A stretch of DNA of 64,000 nt. Source: Octopus vulgaris. Its lineage: Eukaryota. Below, piece after piece: positions 1 through 13,699 of the stretch. Each line of letters opens with the position of its first letter. Within the stretch, counting starts at the first letter, position 1. Position numbers and translations under genes: made by a program. The notes under the pieces were generated by a model that saw nothing but the letters and a program-made list of their open reading frames with translations, made no database searches and was not told the DNA's origin. Location of the stretch: NCBI GenBank assembly GCA_951406725.2, contig OX597818.1, forward strand, positions 89,962,001 through 90,026,000, read 5' to 3'.

Positions 1-220
1 GTTAGCATGCAGGGCGAAATGCTTAGCAGTATTTCGTCCACCTGAGTTCAAATTCCGTTCTGAGTTCAAATTCCGCTGAGGTTGACTTTGCCTTTCATCC
101 TTTTGAGGTCGATAAATTAAGTACCAGTCACACACTGGGGTCAATGTAATCAACTTAATCCCTTTGTCTGTCCTTGTTTGTCCCCTCTCTGTTTAGCCCA
201 CTGTGTGAAATAAAGAAATA
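1..220 (+). mobile_element. tRNA-derived SINE family A (5' clipped by window)
   Basis: B-box-like GAGTTCAAATTCC, central GCCTTTCATCCTTT..GGTCGATAAATTAAGTACCAG, 3' AAAGAAATA; many copies elsewhere in the window. Confidence 0.85.
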
Positions 221-409
221 AGAATTGAACACATAAACCTTATGCTGGGAGCCCAACACCTTAACTGCTAGACCTTACTATTTCAGTGTTATTTTAAGAA
301 ATACTTTGAAATGCCAAGTAAGGATTTGAACTGTTGACCTCTCATAAGGTATGTCTCTACTAACTTATCTACTTGACTGCACCCTTCTCTCTCAGCCAAC
401 TTAAATCTG

Positions 410-945
410 CTATTGACCACATAATTTCTGGCTGTCCAGTCCTTGGCAAGACCAAATATATACATAGTCGCAATTGAGATGGTAGCTATGTTTACTTGGC
501 AATATGCCAACATTTCAATGTGAAAATGGACACAAAACAGTATTAAAAAAATCAAACGCAAAACATGACAATAACCTAGCTACAATCCTCTAGGGCATAC
601 CTATTTAAACTGACAAGAAAATAAGAAAGAAAATTAAAAACAAAAACAAAAACAATCTTTCCGGATATAAATAATCTAGGATTTGAATGAAAATATCTGC
701 AAACTGATAGATTTCATGATCCTTTCTAATCAAAATATTGCCAAAAAGAAGGTCAAAATAGAAAGATCTTGAAACTGAACCAAACAGGATGTGGGTGTAT
801 AAAAATTAAAAAGAGTATTAATGGCAACTGAGACATAGGTATGATTATATAAATATAAATGAAAATATAGAATCCAGGGCTCATAAAATTATGCACAGTT
901 CTCAACAGCAACACTACTAGGTATGGTCTGCATCTATATAAACAC
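410..945 (+). pseudogene. Decayed R4/Dong-like non-LTR retrotransposon C-terminus (CCHC finger + RLE)
   Basis: Manual translation IDHIISGCPVLGKTKYIHSRN*..AICQHFN, followed by degenerate PDI..KDLETEPNRMW..TLLG; multiple stops and frameshifts. Confidence 0.6.
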
Positions 946-1099
946 TTTTAATTTAGTGGTACAACTGAAACAGGGCACACTCTCCACCCACAACACAAAC
1001 TCTATACAATAACTGGCAAATATAATAACACAACCCATTTAACAAAAAAAAAACTCAGCAAATAATGTAAGACAACTCACACAACACACATATACACCC

Positions 1100-1432
1100 T
1101 CTTTTACTCTTTTACTTGTTTCAGTCATTTGACTGCGGCCATGCTGGAGCGCCCGCCTTTAGTCGAGCAAATCGACCCCAGGACTTATTCTTTGTAAGCC
1201 TAGAACTTATTCTATCGGTCTCTTTTACCGAACCGCTAAGTTACGGGGACATAAACACACCAGCATCGGTTGTCAAGTCGATGTGGGGGGACAAATACAC
1301 ACACACACACACAAACACCGACACACATATATATACATATACATATATACAACGGGCTTCTTTCAGTTTCCGTCTACCAAATTCACTCACAAGGCTTTGG
1401 TCGACCCGAGGCTATAGTAGAAGACACTTGCC
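1100..1432 (-). mobile_element. SINE family B (CORE-like, internal microsatellite), head truncated
   Basis: Matches family B body and 3' tail (..GACTGAAACAAGTAAAAGAG) seen at 18315-18735 and 32571-32980. Confidence 0.85.
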
Positions 1433-1790
1433 TCTTAAACCATTTATACTCTGTCATGCATGCTCACTGACATTACCCATCCAGCAGAGCATGTTAGTTT
1501 CATTTCTTTCAAGCCTTTGCAAGGCCTCTGTAGTCAAAGCCCATGTTTCACTGCCATGTAATATAGCTGTATGTACACAGACACCATACAATCTGCCTTT
1601 CACTCAGAGGGAGAAGCTCTAAGTTAACAACAAAGGTAGAAGAAGCACTCTGAACTGCGCCCAGTCTGTTCTTAGACTAGCAACTACACTTTCAGAACTC
1701 CCCCTGCCCCAGCTAACTTGGTCCCCTTAGTAACAGAAGATATCTACTACGTCTATTGATCCATCTGAGCATTTGAGGAAGCTTATTGTC
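1432..1790 (-). pseudogene. RTE-clade LINE RT C-terminal fragment
   Basis: Minus-strand translation ..VKGRLYGVCVHTAILHGSETWALTTEALQRLERNETNMLCWM.., the RTE 'LYxxxVxxxxLHGSETW' motif; disrupted. Confidence 0.75.
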
Positions 1791-1805
1791 TGCTTATTTT
1801 TACTG

Positions 1806-1846
<41 letters not shown>

Positions 1847-1892
1847 CATCAACATCAAAATAATAATCAAATGGAAATTGTAGTTATGATAC

Positions 1893-2080
1893 TCATGCCG
1901 GTGGCACGTAAAAAGCACCCACTACACTTACGGAGTGGTTGGCATTAGGAAGAGCATCCAGCTGTAGAAACCCTGCAAGATCTGACTGGAGCCTGGCTCA
2001 GCATCCTGGCTTCCCAGACCCTGGTCGAACCATCCAATCCATGCTAGCATGGAAAACGGACGTTAAACGATGATGACGAT
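1893..2080 (+). mobile_element. SINE family C 3' part with (GAT)n tail; further minus-strand copies at 3781-3990, 4795-5130, 12181-12530
   Basis: Shared GGTTGGCATTAGGAAG(A/G)GCATCCAGCTGTAGAAAC and GCATGGAAAACGGACGTTAAACGATGATG in four copies. Confidence 0.75.
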
Positions 2081-2575
2081 GATGTATATATATATGAGGA
2101 TGATGATATATATATATATACATATATATATATTCTTCTCCTTTCTTCCCTTCTCCAAACTCACAGACAACGCACCCCCCACACACACACTCTCTCACAA
2201 TGATAAAAAGGAAATATAATTTATGGTCTACATTCCCTCTCCCTTCCCCTCTTTTTCTTTAACACTTCTTCCAAATACTAAAACACACACACAAACACAC
2301 ACACATCCTCTCTCTCTCTCTCTCTCTCACTTTCTCCCCATCCATCACCCTCTTGTACTGTTTTATATTACTCCCCACCACTACACACTCAATAACACTA
2401 TAAAATGGTCAAAACTTTTTACACAGGAACTTAGTTTGATTTGAAAACCCCACTAGAATGGGAGAAAGCGCTAATACATGATCTAAGTTATATATGATGT
2501 ATAAAAACATGTAATATACAAATAAATATCTGTAAATATAAAACCATCCGAATTTCTGAGTACCTCATTTCTTCT

Positions 2576-2643
<68 letters not shown>

Positions 2644-2665
2644 CATACATACATATACATACATA

Positions 2666-2728
<63 letters not shown>

Positions 2729-3059
2729 TATACATACATTACTTTGATGACCTGCCAGTGAACTAATACATAGCAAATAGTTATGTTTAAACAAGAACCA
2801 TCCCTTGTCATAAGTACTGTAATCCCTCTACCAATGCTTCTATGTGTATAAACTTACATAACACACACATGCATACATAGACATATGTGTGTGTGTGTGT
2901 GTTTGTATTTGTGTCTTTGTACAGGTCATCTGGGTAGAATATCTTTTATAATGGCTGTTTACTATACAAATTCCTTCTAATGTAGATTTGAACCACAGGT
3001 GGCCTGGGGATAGACAAACAGTACGTTTCTAGTACAAATACACACACACACACACACAG

Positions 3060-3119
<60 letters not shown>

Positions 3120-4344
3120 AGAGACACACACATACATACATGCACACTCACATGCACAATGCATGCACATATACACACATACACACACATGCACACACAC
3201 AGAACCCCCCACACGTGCACACATACACATATTTATATACACACATGCACTTAGATATATTCACACACACACACTTACACATATGTATATCTTTGCCTTT
3301 TACCTTTTACTCGTTTCAGTCCTAAAACTGTGGCCATGCTGGGGCATTGCCATGAAGAATTTTTGTGTTGACTGATTCAGCCTTAGTATTTATTTTTCTC
3401 TTTTTGAGAGATGGTACTTAGACTATTGCGCTTTTTCCACTGAACTGTTAAGTTTCAGGGACATAAACAAACCAACACCGGTTGTCAAACAGTGGTGGAG
3501 GATAAACACAGACACAAAGACACACACACACATATATTTACATAGACATATGTATATATGTCATGCTTCTTTCAGTTTCCCTCTACCAATCCACACATGG
3601 TTCAGGGTTCAGTCCCACTGCATGGAAACTTGGGCAAGTGTCTTCAACTATAGCCTTGGACTGTTCATCTATTTACTATGTCTTACTGGTATCATTATAT
3701 ATTGTTTAATTGCAATCCACAATGGTATGAAGTGTAATGAACCACAAAAAGTGCTCAATACTGTTAGGTAGAATAGAGTATCATCATCATCATCATCATC
3801 GTCGTTTAACATCCGCTCTCCATCCTAGCATGGGTTGGACGGTTTGACTGTGGGCTGGTGAACCAGATGGCTGCACCAAGCTCCAGTCTTGATCTGGCAG
3901 AGTTTCTACAGCTGGATGCACTTCCTAACGCCAACCACTCCGAGAGTGTAGTGGGTACTTTTACGTGCCACCGGCACGGGGGCCAGTCAGGCGATTCAAA
4001 AGAAAGGCTGTGTGGAAATTCTCGATCTCTGTTTACAGAAATTTATGTATATATATATATAAATTGGGAGTGGATTTGGTAGATGGAAACTGAAAGAAAC
4101 CTGTCATATATGTGAGTGTGTGTGTGTGTGTATTTGTGTGTCTGTGTTTGTTCTACCGCCATCACTTGACAACTAACGTTGTGTTTGCATCCCTGTAGTA
4201 GTTCAACAAAAGAGACCAATAGAATAAGTACTAGGCTTACAAAGAATAAGTCCTGGGGTCAATTTGTTCACCTAAAGGTGGTGCTCTAGCATAGCTGCAG
4301 TCAAATGAGTGAAACAAGTAAAAGAAAAAGAATAAATGAATATA

Positions 4345-4390
<46 letters not shown>

Positions 4391-4461
4391 TGTGTGTGTG
4401 TGTGTGTGTGTTTGTATATATATGTATATATCTATGCATATATGTATGTATGTGTATATGT

Positions 4462-4725
4462 GAAGAAGTGTGGCCTAGTGGTTAGGTTGTTGCAAACTCA
4501 CAATCACTAGATCATGAGTTCAATTCACTGGTTGGGCAGTGTGTTGTGTTCTTGAGCAAAACACTCCCTTTTGCATTGCTCCAGTCTCTCAATCAATCAG
4601 GGTGAGTGTTGGCCTCCTCGCCTACCTGGTGGGGGTGGCATTATTTGAAGGCTAAAACAATTCAAAATGCAATGTGACTGGGCGATGTGTAGCAACAGCT
4701 GATAGCCTGGTAGCTCAAATGATCA
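4462..4725 (+). mobile_element. tRNA-derived SINE family D (old copy); 3' part also at 24621-24742 (-)
   Basis: A box TGGCCTAGTGG, B box GAGTTCAATTC, TGTGTTCTTGAGCAAAACACT; 3' half is the reverse complement of 24621-24742. Confidence 0.7.
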
Positions 4726-5687
4726 CATGATGTATACACACACACACACATATGTATGCATGTGTATATAGCAACATACATGCATCATTATATCATCATC
4801 ATCATCGTTTAATGTCCGTTTTCCATGCTGGCATTGGTTGGACTGTTTGACTGAGGTCTGCAGAGCCAGCGGCTGCACTAGGCTCCATTCTGGCAATGTT
4901 TCTACAGCTGGATGCTCTCCCTTACACCAACCACTCTGAGAGTGTAGTGGGTGCTTTCTATGTACCACCAGCACAGGAGGCAGCCAGGGGGCCCTGGTAT
5001 CAATCATGTTCGGATGGTGCTTTTTACGTGTCACTGGCATGGGAACCAGTCAGGGGGCACTGGCATTGACCACATTCAGATGATGCTTTTTGTGTGCCAC
5101 CAGCATGGGGGCCAGTCAGGGGGAGCCAGTCCATATTTATGGATATACATATGTATATACAAACATATGCACATGCACTTATATGTATGCATATGTCTAT
5201 ATTTGATTTTGAGTACATTGTGGACGTCTGTTTATTTTGGCACAGCATAGCTGCAGTCCAATCACCGAAACAACTAAAAGATAAAAGATATATATACATG
5301 TTTACACACACACGAATATATATTTCTCTGTACATATGTGTGTGTATACATACATTGTTGTATGGTCCTGTTTTAACCAGAAGAAATCCTGCTCATTGTG
5401 GGGCCCAATAATATGAGCATTCATGTGGATACTAGCTGTGTGATATTCATATCCGAGAAAGATGTGATGTGATGATATTTTCTCAATATGAGCAACCTTT
5501 GTGTTTTCTTGCTTTTGAGAGTAGTAAGATTGATATAGTTCCATGGGGGGTGGGATGGTGTTTGAGGTCCCTTCAAGGAATAAGCGTGAATTCAGTGTGT
5601 GACACTTTGGTTACCCAAGAAAGAAGTAATTTGATGAAAGCAGAGGGAGAGTAGAGGGAAATGTTATCTGTGTAAGTATGTAGGGAA

Positions 5688-6270
5688 GGCAGTGAGCTGT
5701 CAGAATTATTAGCACACTGGGCGAAATGCTTAGCGGTATTTCATCTGCTGCTACGTTCTGAGTTCAAATTCCGTCGAGGTCGACTTTGCCTTTCATCCTT
5801 TCGGGGGTCGATTAAATAAGTACCAGTTACATACTGGGGTCGATGTAATCGACTTAATCCATTTGTCTGTCCTTGTTTGTCCTCTCTGTGTTTAGCCCCT
5901 TGTGGGTAATAAAGAAATAGGTATTTCGTCTGCTGCTACGTTCTGAGTTCAAATTCTGCCGAGGTTGACTTTGCCTTTCATCCTTTCGGGGTCGATTAAA
6001 TAAGTACTAGTTACGCACTGGAGTCGATATAAACGACTTAATCCACTTATCTGTCCTTGTTTGCCCTCCCTGTGTTTAGCTCCTTGTGGGTAGTAAAGAA
6101 ATAGGTATTTCATTTGTCTTTACGTTCTGAGTTCAAATTCCACCAAGGTTGACATTCATCCTTTCGGGGGTTGATAAATTAAGTATCAGTTGCATACTGG
6201 GGTCAATCTAATCAACTGCTCCCCCCACCTCCCACCAAATTTCAGGCCTTGTGCCTATAGTAGAAAGGAT
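5688..6270 (+). mobile_element. Three head-to-tail SINE family A units
   Basis: Unit restarts at GGTATTTC.TCTG..TACGTTCTGAGTTCAAATTC near 5735, 5920 and 6104. Confidence 0.85.
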
Positions 6271-6279
6271 TATTAGATA

Positions 6280-6560
6280 GAGGGAAAGTAGAAAATGCCA
6301 GACCAAACTGAAGATTGGATCATGCATAAGTTGATTCAATGTGGAACAGGAAGATCTCTGTTAACACACATATTAATGTAATCTGAAAGGAAGTTCACAG
6401 TGAAAGAGATGAGAAACAGATAAATTCTATAGGTCAGCAGTTTCAATTGGAGATTTGTATGCCAAAAATGGTTGAAAACATTACTCGTGTTGAGAGTGAC
6501 AGCATTGCATTTACCAAATTTTAGCAAAGCAAGAGCTTGCTGGTGGGTGGCATAGAAGAG
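6280..6560 (-). pseudogene. Highly decayed LINE RT fragment (CR1/Jockey-like)
   Basis: ORF 6336-6527 FGKCNAVTLNTSNVFNHFWHTNLQLKL..NFLSD resembles the RT segment 'AVxLDISKAFDxVWHxxLLxKL..FLSxR'. Confidence 0.5.
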
Positions 6561-6752
6561 ATGGTCATTAGGAGATTTGATTTTATAGAAGCTATATTTA
6601 CTGGCTAGTGTTCTTTAATGAGAGAAGGAAATTCATGGTGTTGGATAATAATGTTGTTAATGGTTGCACCCCTCACCATTACCTCTGAGTTATAGGAAGA
6701 GAGTAACAGCAATTGTTGACTAAAGAGTTGACTTTCTTTCCACACACACAAG

Positions 6753-6802
<50 letters not shown>

Positions 6803-6879
6803 ATATATACATATCATCATCATTGTTTAACATTCACCTTCCATGCTGGCATATATATATATATATATATATATGATTT

Positions 6880-7095
6880 TTCTTTTACTTGTTTCAGTCA
6901 TTTGACTGTGGTCATGCTGGAGCACTGCCTTTTAGTTGAGCAAATCGACCCCAGGAATTATTCTTTGTAAGCCTAGTACTTATTCTATCGGTATCTTTTG
7001 CTGAACCACTAAGTTATGGGGATGTAAACACACCAACATTGGTTGTCAAGAAATGGTGGTGGGGACAAACAGACACACAAATACATACATACATG

Positions 7096-7127
<32 letters not shown>

Positions 7128-7520
7128 ATTGAATAAGGGTAGAAATTGATATTAATCAATTAAAACCAGTGGCCTAGCATATTAAAGAAATCTGAAGATT
7201 AAAATATTTTTACATACAAAATTTAAAGGACTGACCACTAAAAGTGGACGGTCAATATGCTAGATATAGATGTCAAAATCGTGGAAAAAAGCGATTTTGA
7301 CATCTATATCTAGCATATTGACCGTCCACTTTTAGTGGTCAGTCCTTTAAATTTTGTATATATATATATACATGATGGGCTACTTTCAGTTTCTGTCAAT
7401 CAAATCCACTCACAATGCTTTGGTCGGCCCAAGACACTTGCCAAAGGTGCACACAATGGGACTGAACCTGGAACCATGTGGTTGGGAAGCAAGTTTCTTA
7501 CCACACAGTCACTCCTGCAC
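6880..7520 (-). mobile_element. SINE family B interrupted in its (TA)n by a foldback insertion (7127-7359)
   Basis: Both SINE halves present on either side of the insertion. Confidence 0.8.
7214..7359. repeat. Perfect 68-bp inverted repeat with 10-nt spacer
   Basis: 7214-7281 is the exact reverse complement of 7292-7359. Confidence 0.95.
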
Positions 7521-7741
7521 CATATCATATAGATACATATAGGCATAGATCAAAATTGTTAGAGTAATGAACCAAAATGCCTACCAATATTAGTTTTAGC
7601 AGGTGGGTGGTAAGCTGGCAAAATTGTTAGCACACCAGGCCAAAGGGTTAGCAGCATTTCATTCATGTTTACACTCTGAGTGTAAAGATGGATTAACTAT
7701 ATATGAATGTGAATGCATGTGTGTGTATATATGTGTCAAGG

Positions 7742-8100
7742 ATTCTTTCCCATCCCAGTTATGAAGAAACCAGATATTATAATATGGTGTGAAAGAAAGA
7801 AAGTGGTAAATCTAGTAGAGTTAATGGTTCCTCATGAAGATAACATGAATGCTGTTCGGGCTCAAAAGATTGACTGTTATGTAAACCTCCTCGAGGAATG
7901 TGAAGATACAGGCTGGAAAGTGGAGTATTTTCCAGTTGAAGTTTGATGTAGAGGATTCATTGGACACAGTATGAGGCGACTATTGTTATCGTTAGGCCTA
8001 ACTCACTGTAAAGCAAGTGACACCATGAGTAATATCCAAACTACAGTGGAAAAGGCAAGCCACTTGATTTGGTTAAAAAGCGACGATGAGCAATGGCTAG
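7742..8100 (+). pseudogene. HERO-like non-LTR retrotransposon RLE endonuclease 3' end
   Basis: KPDIIIWCERKKVVNLVELMVPHEDN..GWKVEYFPVEV*CRGF..VEKASHLIWLK; PD-(D/E)xK-type RLE with PVEVGCRGF motif, one stop. Confidence 0.8.
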
Positions 8101-8454
8101 AAGAATATTGAGCTAATTCTCATAACCAGTTGATCTAGCAAGCAGGGCCTTGTTTCAGTGAGGTGGGCTGGTGTGCAATGATGTCGTTGAGAGGTAGGAC
8201 CTGAAATGGCATGCATTCTCTCCTGATGACCCCATAAGCTTCCTGGCATCTGGTATGTGGAGCTTACAACTGGTAGCACTTGCATCTGCAAGTTGTTTGC
8301 AAGAACACATATGCATACATGTATGTGTGTGTGTGTGTGTGTGTGCATGCATGTATCTTTTACTCTCTTTTACTTGTTTCAGTCATTTGACAGTGGCGAT
8401 GCTGGAGCACCGCCTTTAGTTGAGCAAATCAACCCCAGGACTTATTCTTTCTCT

Positions 8455-8930
8455 TCCTGAAAATCCCAATTTATCCAGATTCTCCTTTAAGCATTTACTA
8501 ACAAAACCTAGTGCTCCAATCATTATTCGAATGAATATGAATTCATAGTCTAGATATAGAAGCTGGAGGTTTCGAAGCAGTTGTCCATAGTTATCCTATT
8601 TTTCATTGATTTTCAAAAGAGAGATTTATATCTGCAGGGCAGCTGACCTCTATGATGGTACATACCTTTGCCCTTCTGTCCCAAACAACAATATCTGGTC
8701 TGTTATGTTTACATTTGACAGAAGTCTTGATGGGAATATTCCACCAGTATTCCTTGAGTTGGTGTTTATGAATGTCTTCCATAACAGAGCAATTTTCTAA
8801 GTTTATTTCAGGACAGTCTTTTTTGCAGATGGCATTGTAAACTATTTTAGCAACAACATCGTGCCACATAGGGAGGTATACCGTGACAACATTTTAAGAC
8901 AGCTGCTAATCACATGTGTGATGTCTTCCA
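8455..8930 (-). pseudogene. R4/Dong-like RLE non-LTR retrotransposon fragment
   Basis: THVISSC..HDVVAKIVYNAIC..WWNIPIKTSVKCKHNRPDIVVWDRRAKVCTIIEVSCPAD..IGALG. Confidence 0.85.
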
Positions 8931-8957
8931 TATACATACGTGTAAGTATGTATGTGC

Positions 8958-9370
8958 CTCTTTACTTGTTTCAGTTATTTGAATGCGGCCATACTGGAGC
9001 GCCGCCTTTAGTCGAGCAAATCTACCCCAGGACTTATTCTTTGTAAGCCTAGTACTTATTCTATCAGTCTCTTTTGCTTAACCACTAAGTTACGGGGATG
9101 TAAACACCCCAGCATCGGTTGTCAAGCAATGCTGGGGGGGGGGGGGACAAACACAGACACACAAACTTACACATACACACACACATATATATATATATAC
9201 ATATATATGAAGGGCTTCTTTCAGTTTCCATCTACGAAATCCACTCACAAGGCTTTGGTTGGCCTGAGGTTATAGGAGAAGATACTTGCCCAAAGTGCCA
9301 CACAGTGGGACTGAACCCAGAACCATATGGTTGGTAAGCAAGCTACTTACCACACAGCCACTCCTGCGCC
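8958..9370 (-). mobile_element. Full-length SINE family B
   Basis: Head GGCGCAGGAGTGGCTGTGTGG (A box) at the 9370 end, CORE-like TTGGGCAAGT, tail AAACAAGTAAAAGAG. Confidence 0.9.
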
Positions 9371-9706
9371 AGTTTTCATGCATGTATGCATGCATGTATA
9401 TATGTATCAATGCTTGTATGCCAATCATCTGAAATCCCATTAAAGATCAACTGTATGCAATGTCCTTCTCTCTAGACCAGGTGATTTCACATGTGCAGTG
9501 TGTAAAAGAGCTTGCGAGTGGGTTTCAGGTTCACAGGGAACATATTTTATAAAGTAATCTGATCAATTCAGTGAAAGTTACAAATTTTGCCAGTCATGTA
9601 TGCTACGAACTATACAGATCTGCTGAGAGACGGTATCATTTGTGAAGGTCGAGCAGCCACCATATGTATGCTTGTGTGCATATAAATACACACACACACA
9701 TATATA

Positions 9707-10072
9707 CTAGCACTATGACCCGGCAACGCCGGGTCATAGTGCTAGTGCATGCATATACAGCTGTGTGTGTGCGCACATACACGTGAGTACTGTCCAAATC
9801 TCCGACCATTCACATACAGCTAGCTGGCATTCAATTGGTGTATCAAGTTTTGGGCATTTTGATTGGGTTTTGGAAAGAAAATTCACAAAAAGCCACTTCT
9901 ATTGATTTTTTTAATAGCTTTGCGGGGTGACTGGGGAAATGTAAAGATGTGCACGACCACCCTTGGATGGTTTTTAATGACCATAGAAAGTGTGAGCCCT
10001 CCAACTGAAAAATTGTGGATTTGTATAAAGGATACACACACAGACAGACATTTTGCCATTTATATATATAGA
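9707..10072 (-). mobile_element. Non-autonomous Helitron
   Basis: On minus: 5' TC, (TGTC)n near the 5' end, 3' hairpin CCCGGC/GCCGGG then CTAG, inserted between A and T; same architecture as 34960-35346. Confidence 0.7.
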
Positions 10073-10257
10073 TATATATATATATCTGTAAATGTAATAT
10101 GTGACAATTATTCGGTAGCCATAATAAAACTCTGAGTTTCGGATGCCGAGATCACTTGTCTACCGAATAATTGTCACATATTACATTTACAGATAAATTC
10201 TTCTATTCACATAATATCGAGGTCTCTTTCTTTCTTTTGTTGTCTTACCATTTTTAT

Positions 10258-10303
<46 letters not shown>

Positions 10304-10323
10304 GTATATCTATCTATCTATCC

Positions 10324-10415
<92 letters not shown>

Positions 10416-10417
<2 letters not shown>

Positions 10418-10677
10418 TGTACATTTAAAACATAAGAGATGGCCATCATAGGACACCTAGCATGCTAGAAGGAGTAGCCAAAATCCAAACCACTTGGCGT
10501 TCCTGCTGAAGAGAGCTCCACCTAGCAAATTACCATGGTCCAGGAGATAGATGGTAAATACTTTTATTTTTCATTCCCTTCGAAATTTATCTCTAATAGT
10601 GGTTTGGATTTAGGCTACTCCTTCTAGCGTGCTAGATGTCCTATGATGGTCATCTCTTATGTGTTTAAATGTACACT
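10416..10677. repeat. Foldback (~80-bp arms) between (TA)n tracts with a degenerate hammerhead in the spacer
   Basis: 10416-10494 pairs with 10598-10677; spacer 10501-10545 reads TCCTG-CTGAAGA-..-ACCATGGTC-CAGGA. Confidence 0.8.
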
Positions 10678-10785
10678 ATATTTATATGAATAATATATAG
10701 TCTATTGACTAGTTTTCTACATGCTAGGCCACCACTGGTAGTAAAAAATTTCTACACTTTTTTCCTACCCTGATATTCATTAATC

Positions 10786-10860
<75 letters not shown>

Positions 10861-10949
10861 TTAATATTTGAGGGAATAAAATCCAAAACTTACGAGGAAA
10901 CAAAATTCAATTTAGAAATACTAAATCAAATTTCACACAATATAATATA

Positions 10950-11268
10950 TATATAAAAAATTAGAAAAAAAACACCTTTAATCAATTCAAAATGAACAAT
11001 TAAATTACACCATCCAGAAAATTACATATGATAGAAGTATTAACATTAAAATAACAATAAAATGTTAAAGATTAAGTAAATTGCAAAAAAAAATAATAAT
11101 AATAACTTATAAACAATTTATATAAGTTATTATCATTTTTTTTTTTGCAATTTACTTAATCTTTGACATGTTATTGTTATTTTAATGTTAATACTTCTAT
11201 TATATGTAATTTTCTGGATGGTGTAATTTAATTGTTCATTTTGAATTGATAAAAGGTAATTTTTTTTC

Positions 11269-11280
<12 letters not shown>
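10950..11280. repeat. AT-rich foldback (~160-bp arms)
   Basis: 10950-11110 is the imperfect reverse complement of 11121-11280. Confidence 0.85.
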
Positions 11281-11305
<25 letters not shown>

Positions 11306-11816
11306 GTAAAGGTGGCAAGCTGGCAGGAATGTTAGCATGTTGGGTGAAATGCTTAGCGATATTTCATCTGTCTTTACATTCCGAGTTCAAATTCCCTTGG
11401 GGTTGATTTTGCCTTTCATCCTCTTGGCGTCAATAAATTAAGTACCAGTTGCGTAATGGATTCAATCTAATCGATTGGCCGCACCGCAAAATTTTCGGGC
11501 CTTGTGCCTTGAGTAGAAAAGTATATATATATTTATATATATATATATATATGTATCTTTACATGAATGTATTTATATGTGCATGTATGCTTATATGTAC
11601 ACATATGTAAGATAGATTTATTACACAGAAAAGCTTAATATGTAGATTTTGGGTGCTTTTTAAAGAGTTTACGCTTGTTACTTTTAGTTGTTTTCCCGCC
11701 CACGTGTATTTTGCAAACATTGACCTGAAGATGCTCAGGCTGTGGTGGATTAACCTCATAAATCTCACTAGCTGGAGGCCTTATAAAGGTCATGCTCACT
11801 GCCCCTTATACAGACA

Positions 11817-11850
<34 letters not shown>

Positions 11851-11883
11851 CATACATACGTACATGCATGCTTACATACAATC

Positions 11884-11917
<34 letters not shown>

Positions 11918-12085
11918 CTGGGTGTGTATGTCCGGGTTGTTGTGTGTGTGTACGCATACACACGCATACACATACATGCATGCACACACACTCACATACT
12001 CATGCACACACGTTTAAGTAAATATATTATTTTGCTTGTGTGTGTGTATATATATGTACATATATATACATATATATATATATAC

Positions 12086-12183
<98 letters not shown>

Positions 12184-12679
12184 TCATCATCATCATCATC
12201 ATCGTTTAACGTCCGTTTTCCATGCTGGCATGGGTTGGACGGTTTGACTGAGGTCTGGAGAGCCTGCAGCTGCACCAGGCTCCAATCTGATCTGGCAATG
12301 TTTTTACAGCTGGATGCCCTGCCCTTTGTAATGCCAACCACTCCGAGAGTGGTTTTTTTTAATGTGCCACCGTAAAAAGCCAGCCAGACAGGCCTGGCAT
12401 TGATCATGTTTGGTTGGTGCTTTTTATATGCCACCAGCACAAGAGCCAGTCAGGGGGTGCTGGCATTGCCCACAATCAGTTAGTGCGTTTTACGTGCCAC
12501 CAGTCCAAGAGCCAGTCAGGTGGACCTCGCGTTGACCGGGAGCAACTGTTTTATCGAAAGCATTTATTTTTGTTATATGCTTGAAATACGAGACTAGAAA
12601 AACAGCCAACAACTGATGAAGGGTTGTTCCTTTTGTTTGTTTTGTTTTCCATTTGTGTCTTTTGTTGTTCGAAAGAATA

Positions 12680-13077
12680 CTCTTTTACTTGTTTCAGTCA
12701 CTCAACTGCAGTCATGCTAGAGCACCGCCTTTAGTCGAGCAAATCGACCCCAGGACTTATTCTTTGTAAGCCTAGTACTTATTCTATCGAGCTCCTCCGC
12801 CAAATCGCCAAGTCACAGGGACGCAAACACACCGGTATCAGTTGTCAAGCGATGTTGGGGGACAAACACAGACACACAAACACAAACACACACACACATA
12901 CATATAAATATATGATGGGCTTCTTTCAGTTTCTGTCTACCAAATCCACTCACAAGGCTTTGGTCGGCCCAAGGCTATAGTAGAATACACTTGCCCAAGG
13001 TGTCACGCAGTGGGACTGAACCTGGAACCATGTGGTTGGTAAGCAAGCTACTTACCACACAGTCACTCCTGCGCCTA
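12680..13077 (-). mobile_element. Full-length SINE family B
   Basis: Complete head-to-tail match to family B. Confidence 0.9.
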
Positions 13078-13209
13078 ATACTTCATGCTCCATGTACTTG
13101 CGCTTCGTACTTTTTTGTTGTACATGTTTCATGACGTCCTGTGCCCACATATGCATGGATGTATGTACATATACGTATGTATATAGGCATATGTATATAT
13201 TATTTATAT

Positions 13210-13243
<34 letters not shown>

Positions 13244-13699
13244 AAGAGAGATAAATAGATATAAATATTTCATGTATATTTATATGTATATATATGTGTG
13301 TGTGTGTGAGAGAGCATGCACATGTACATATATATACATGTATATATATACATATATATGTATGTGTGTGTGTGTGTGTGTGTGTACACATAGATGTCTA
13401 GCACGTCTGATTGTATTGGCTGTCTAGTCACATAGAGACGCTTATAGGAAAACATAACAGTCACATGTATATCGATCAAGAACATGATGCCAATGAAGGA
13501 GTGAGGGAGGAATAGAAATACTGATGGTGATGGAGGAGGTGAAGCTGTTGTTGTTGTTGTGGTGGTTGTGGTGGTGATGGAAGCAGTGTTGCTGTGGTAG
13601 CCATGTGGCGGTGGTGGTGGTGAAGATGGCGCTGTGAAGCTATTTTCGTAATGTACGTCACTGCTATTGAATGGAAATATTGCATAGTTACAAGATGGC

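Noticed and set aside
5735-6200. Regularly spaced direct repeats suggesting a CRISPR array
   Set aside because: The whole ~185-bp units are near-identical SINE copies; there are no unique spacers or cas genes and the context is eukaryotic.
12541-12680. CTGATGAAGGG and GAAA motifs
   Set aside because: I could not assemble stems II and III around the core; at best a decayed relic.
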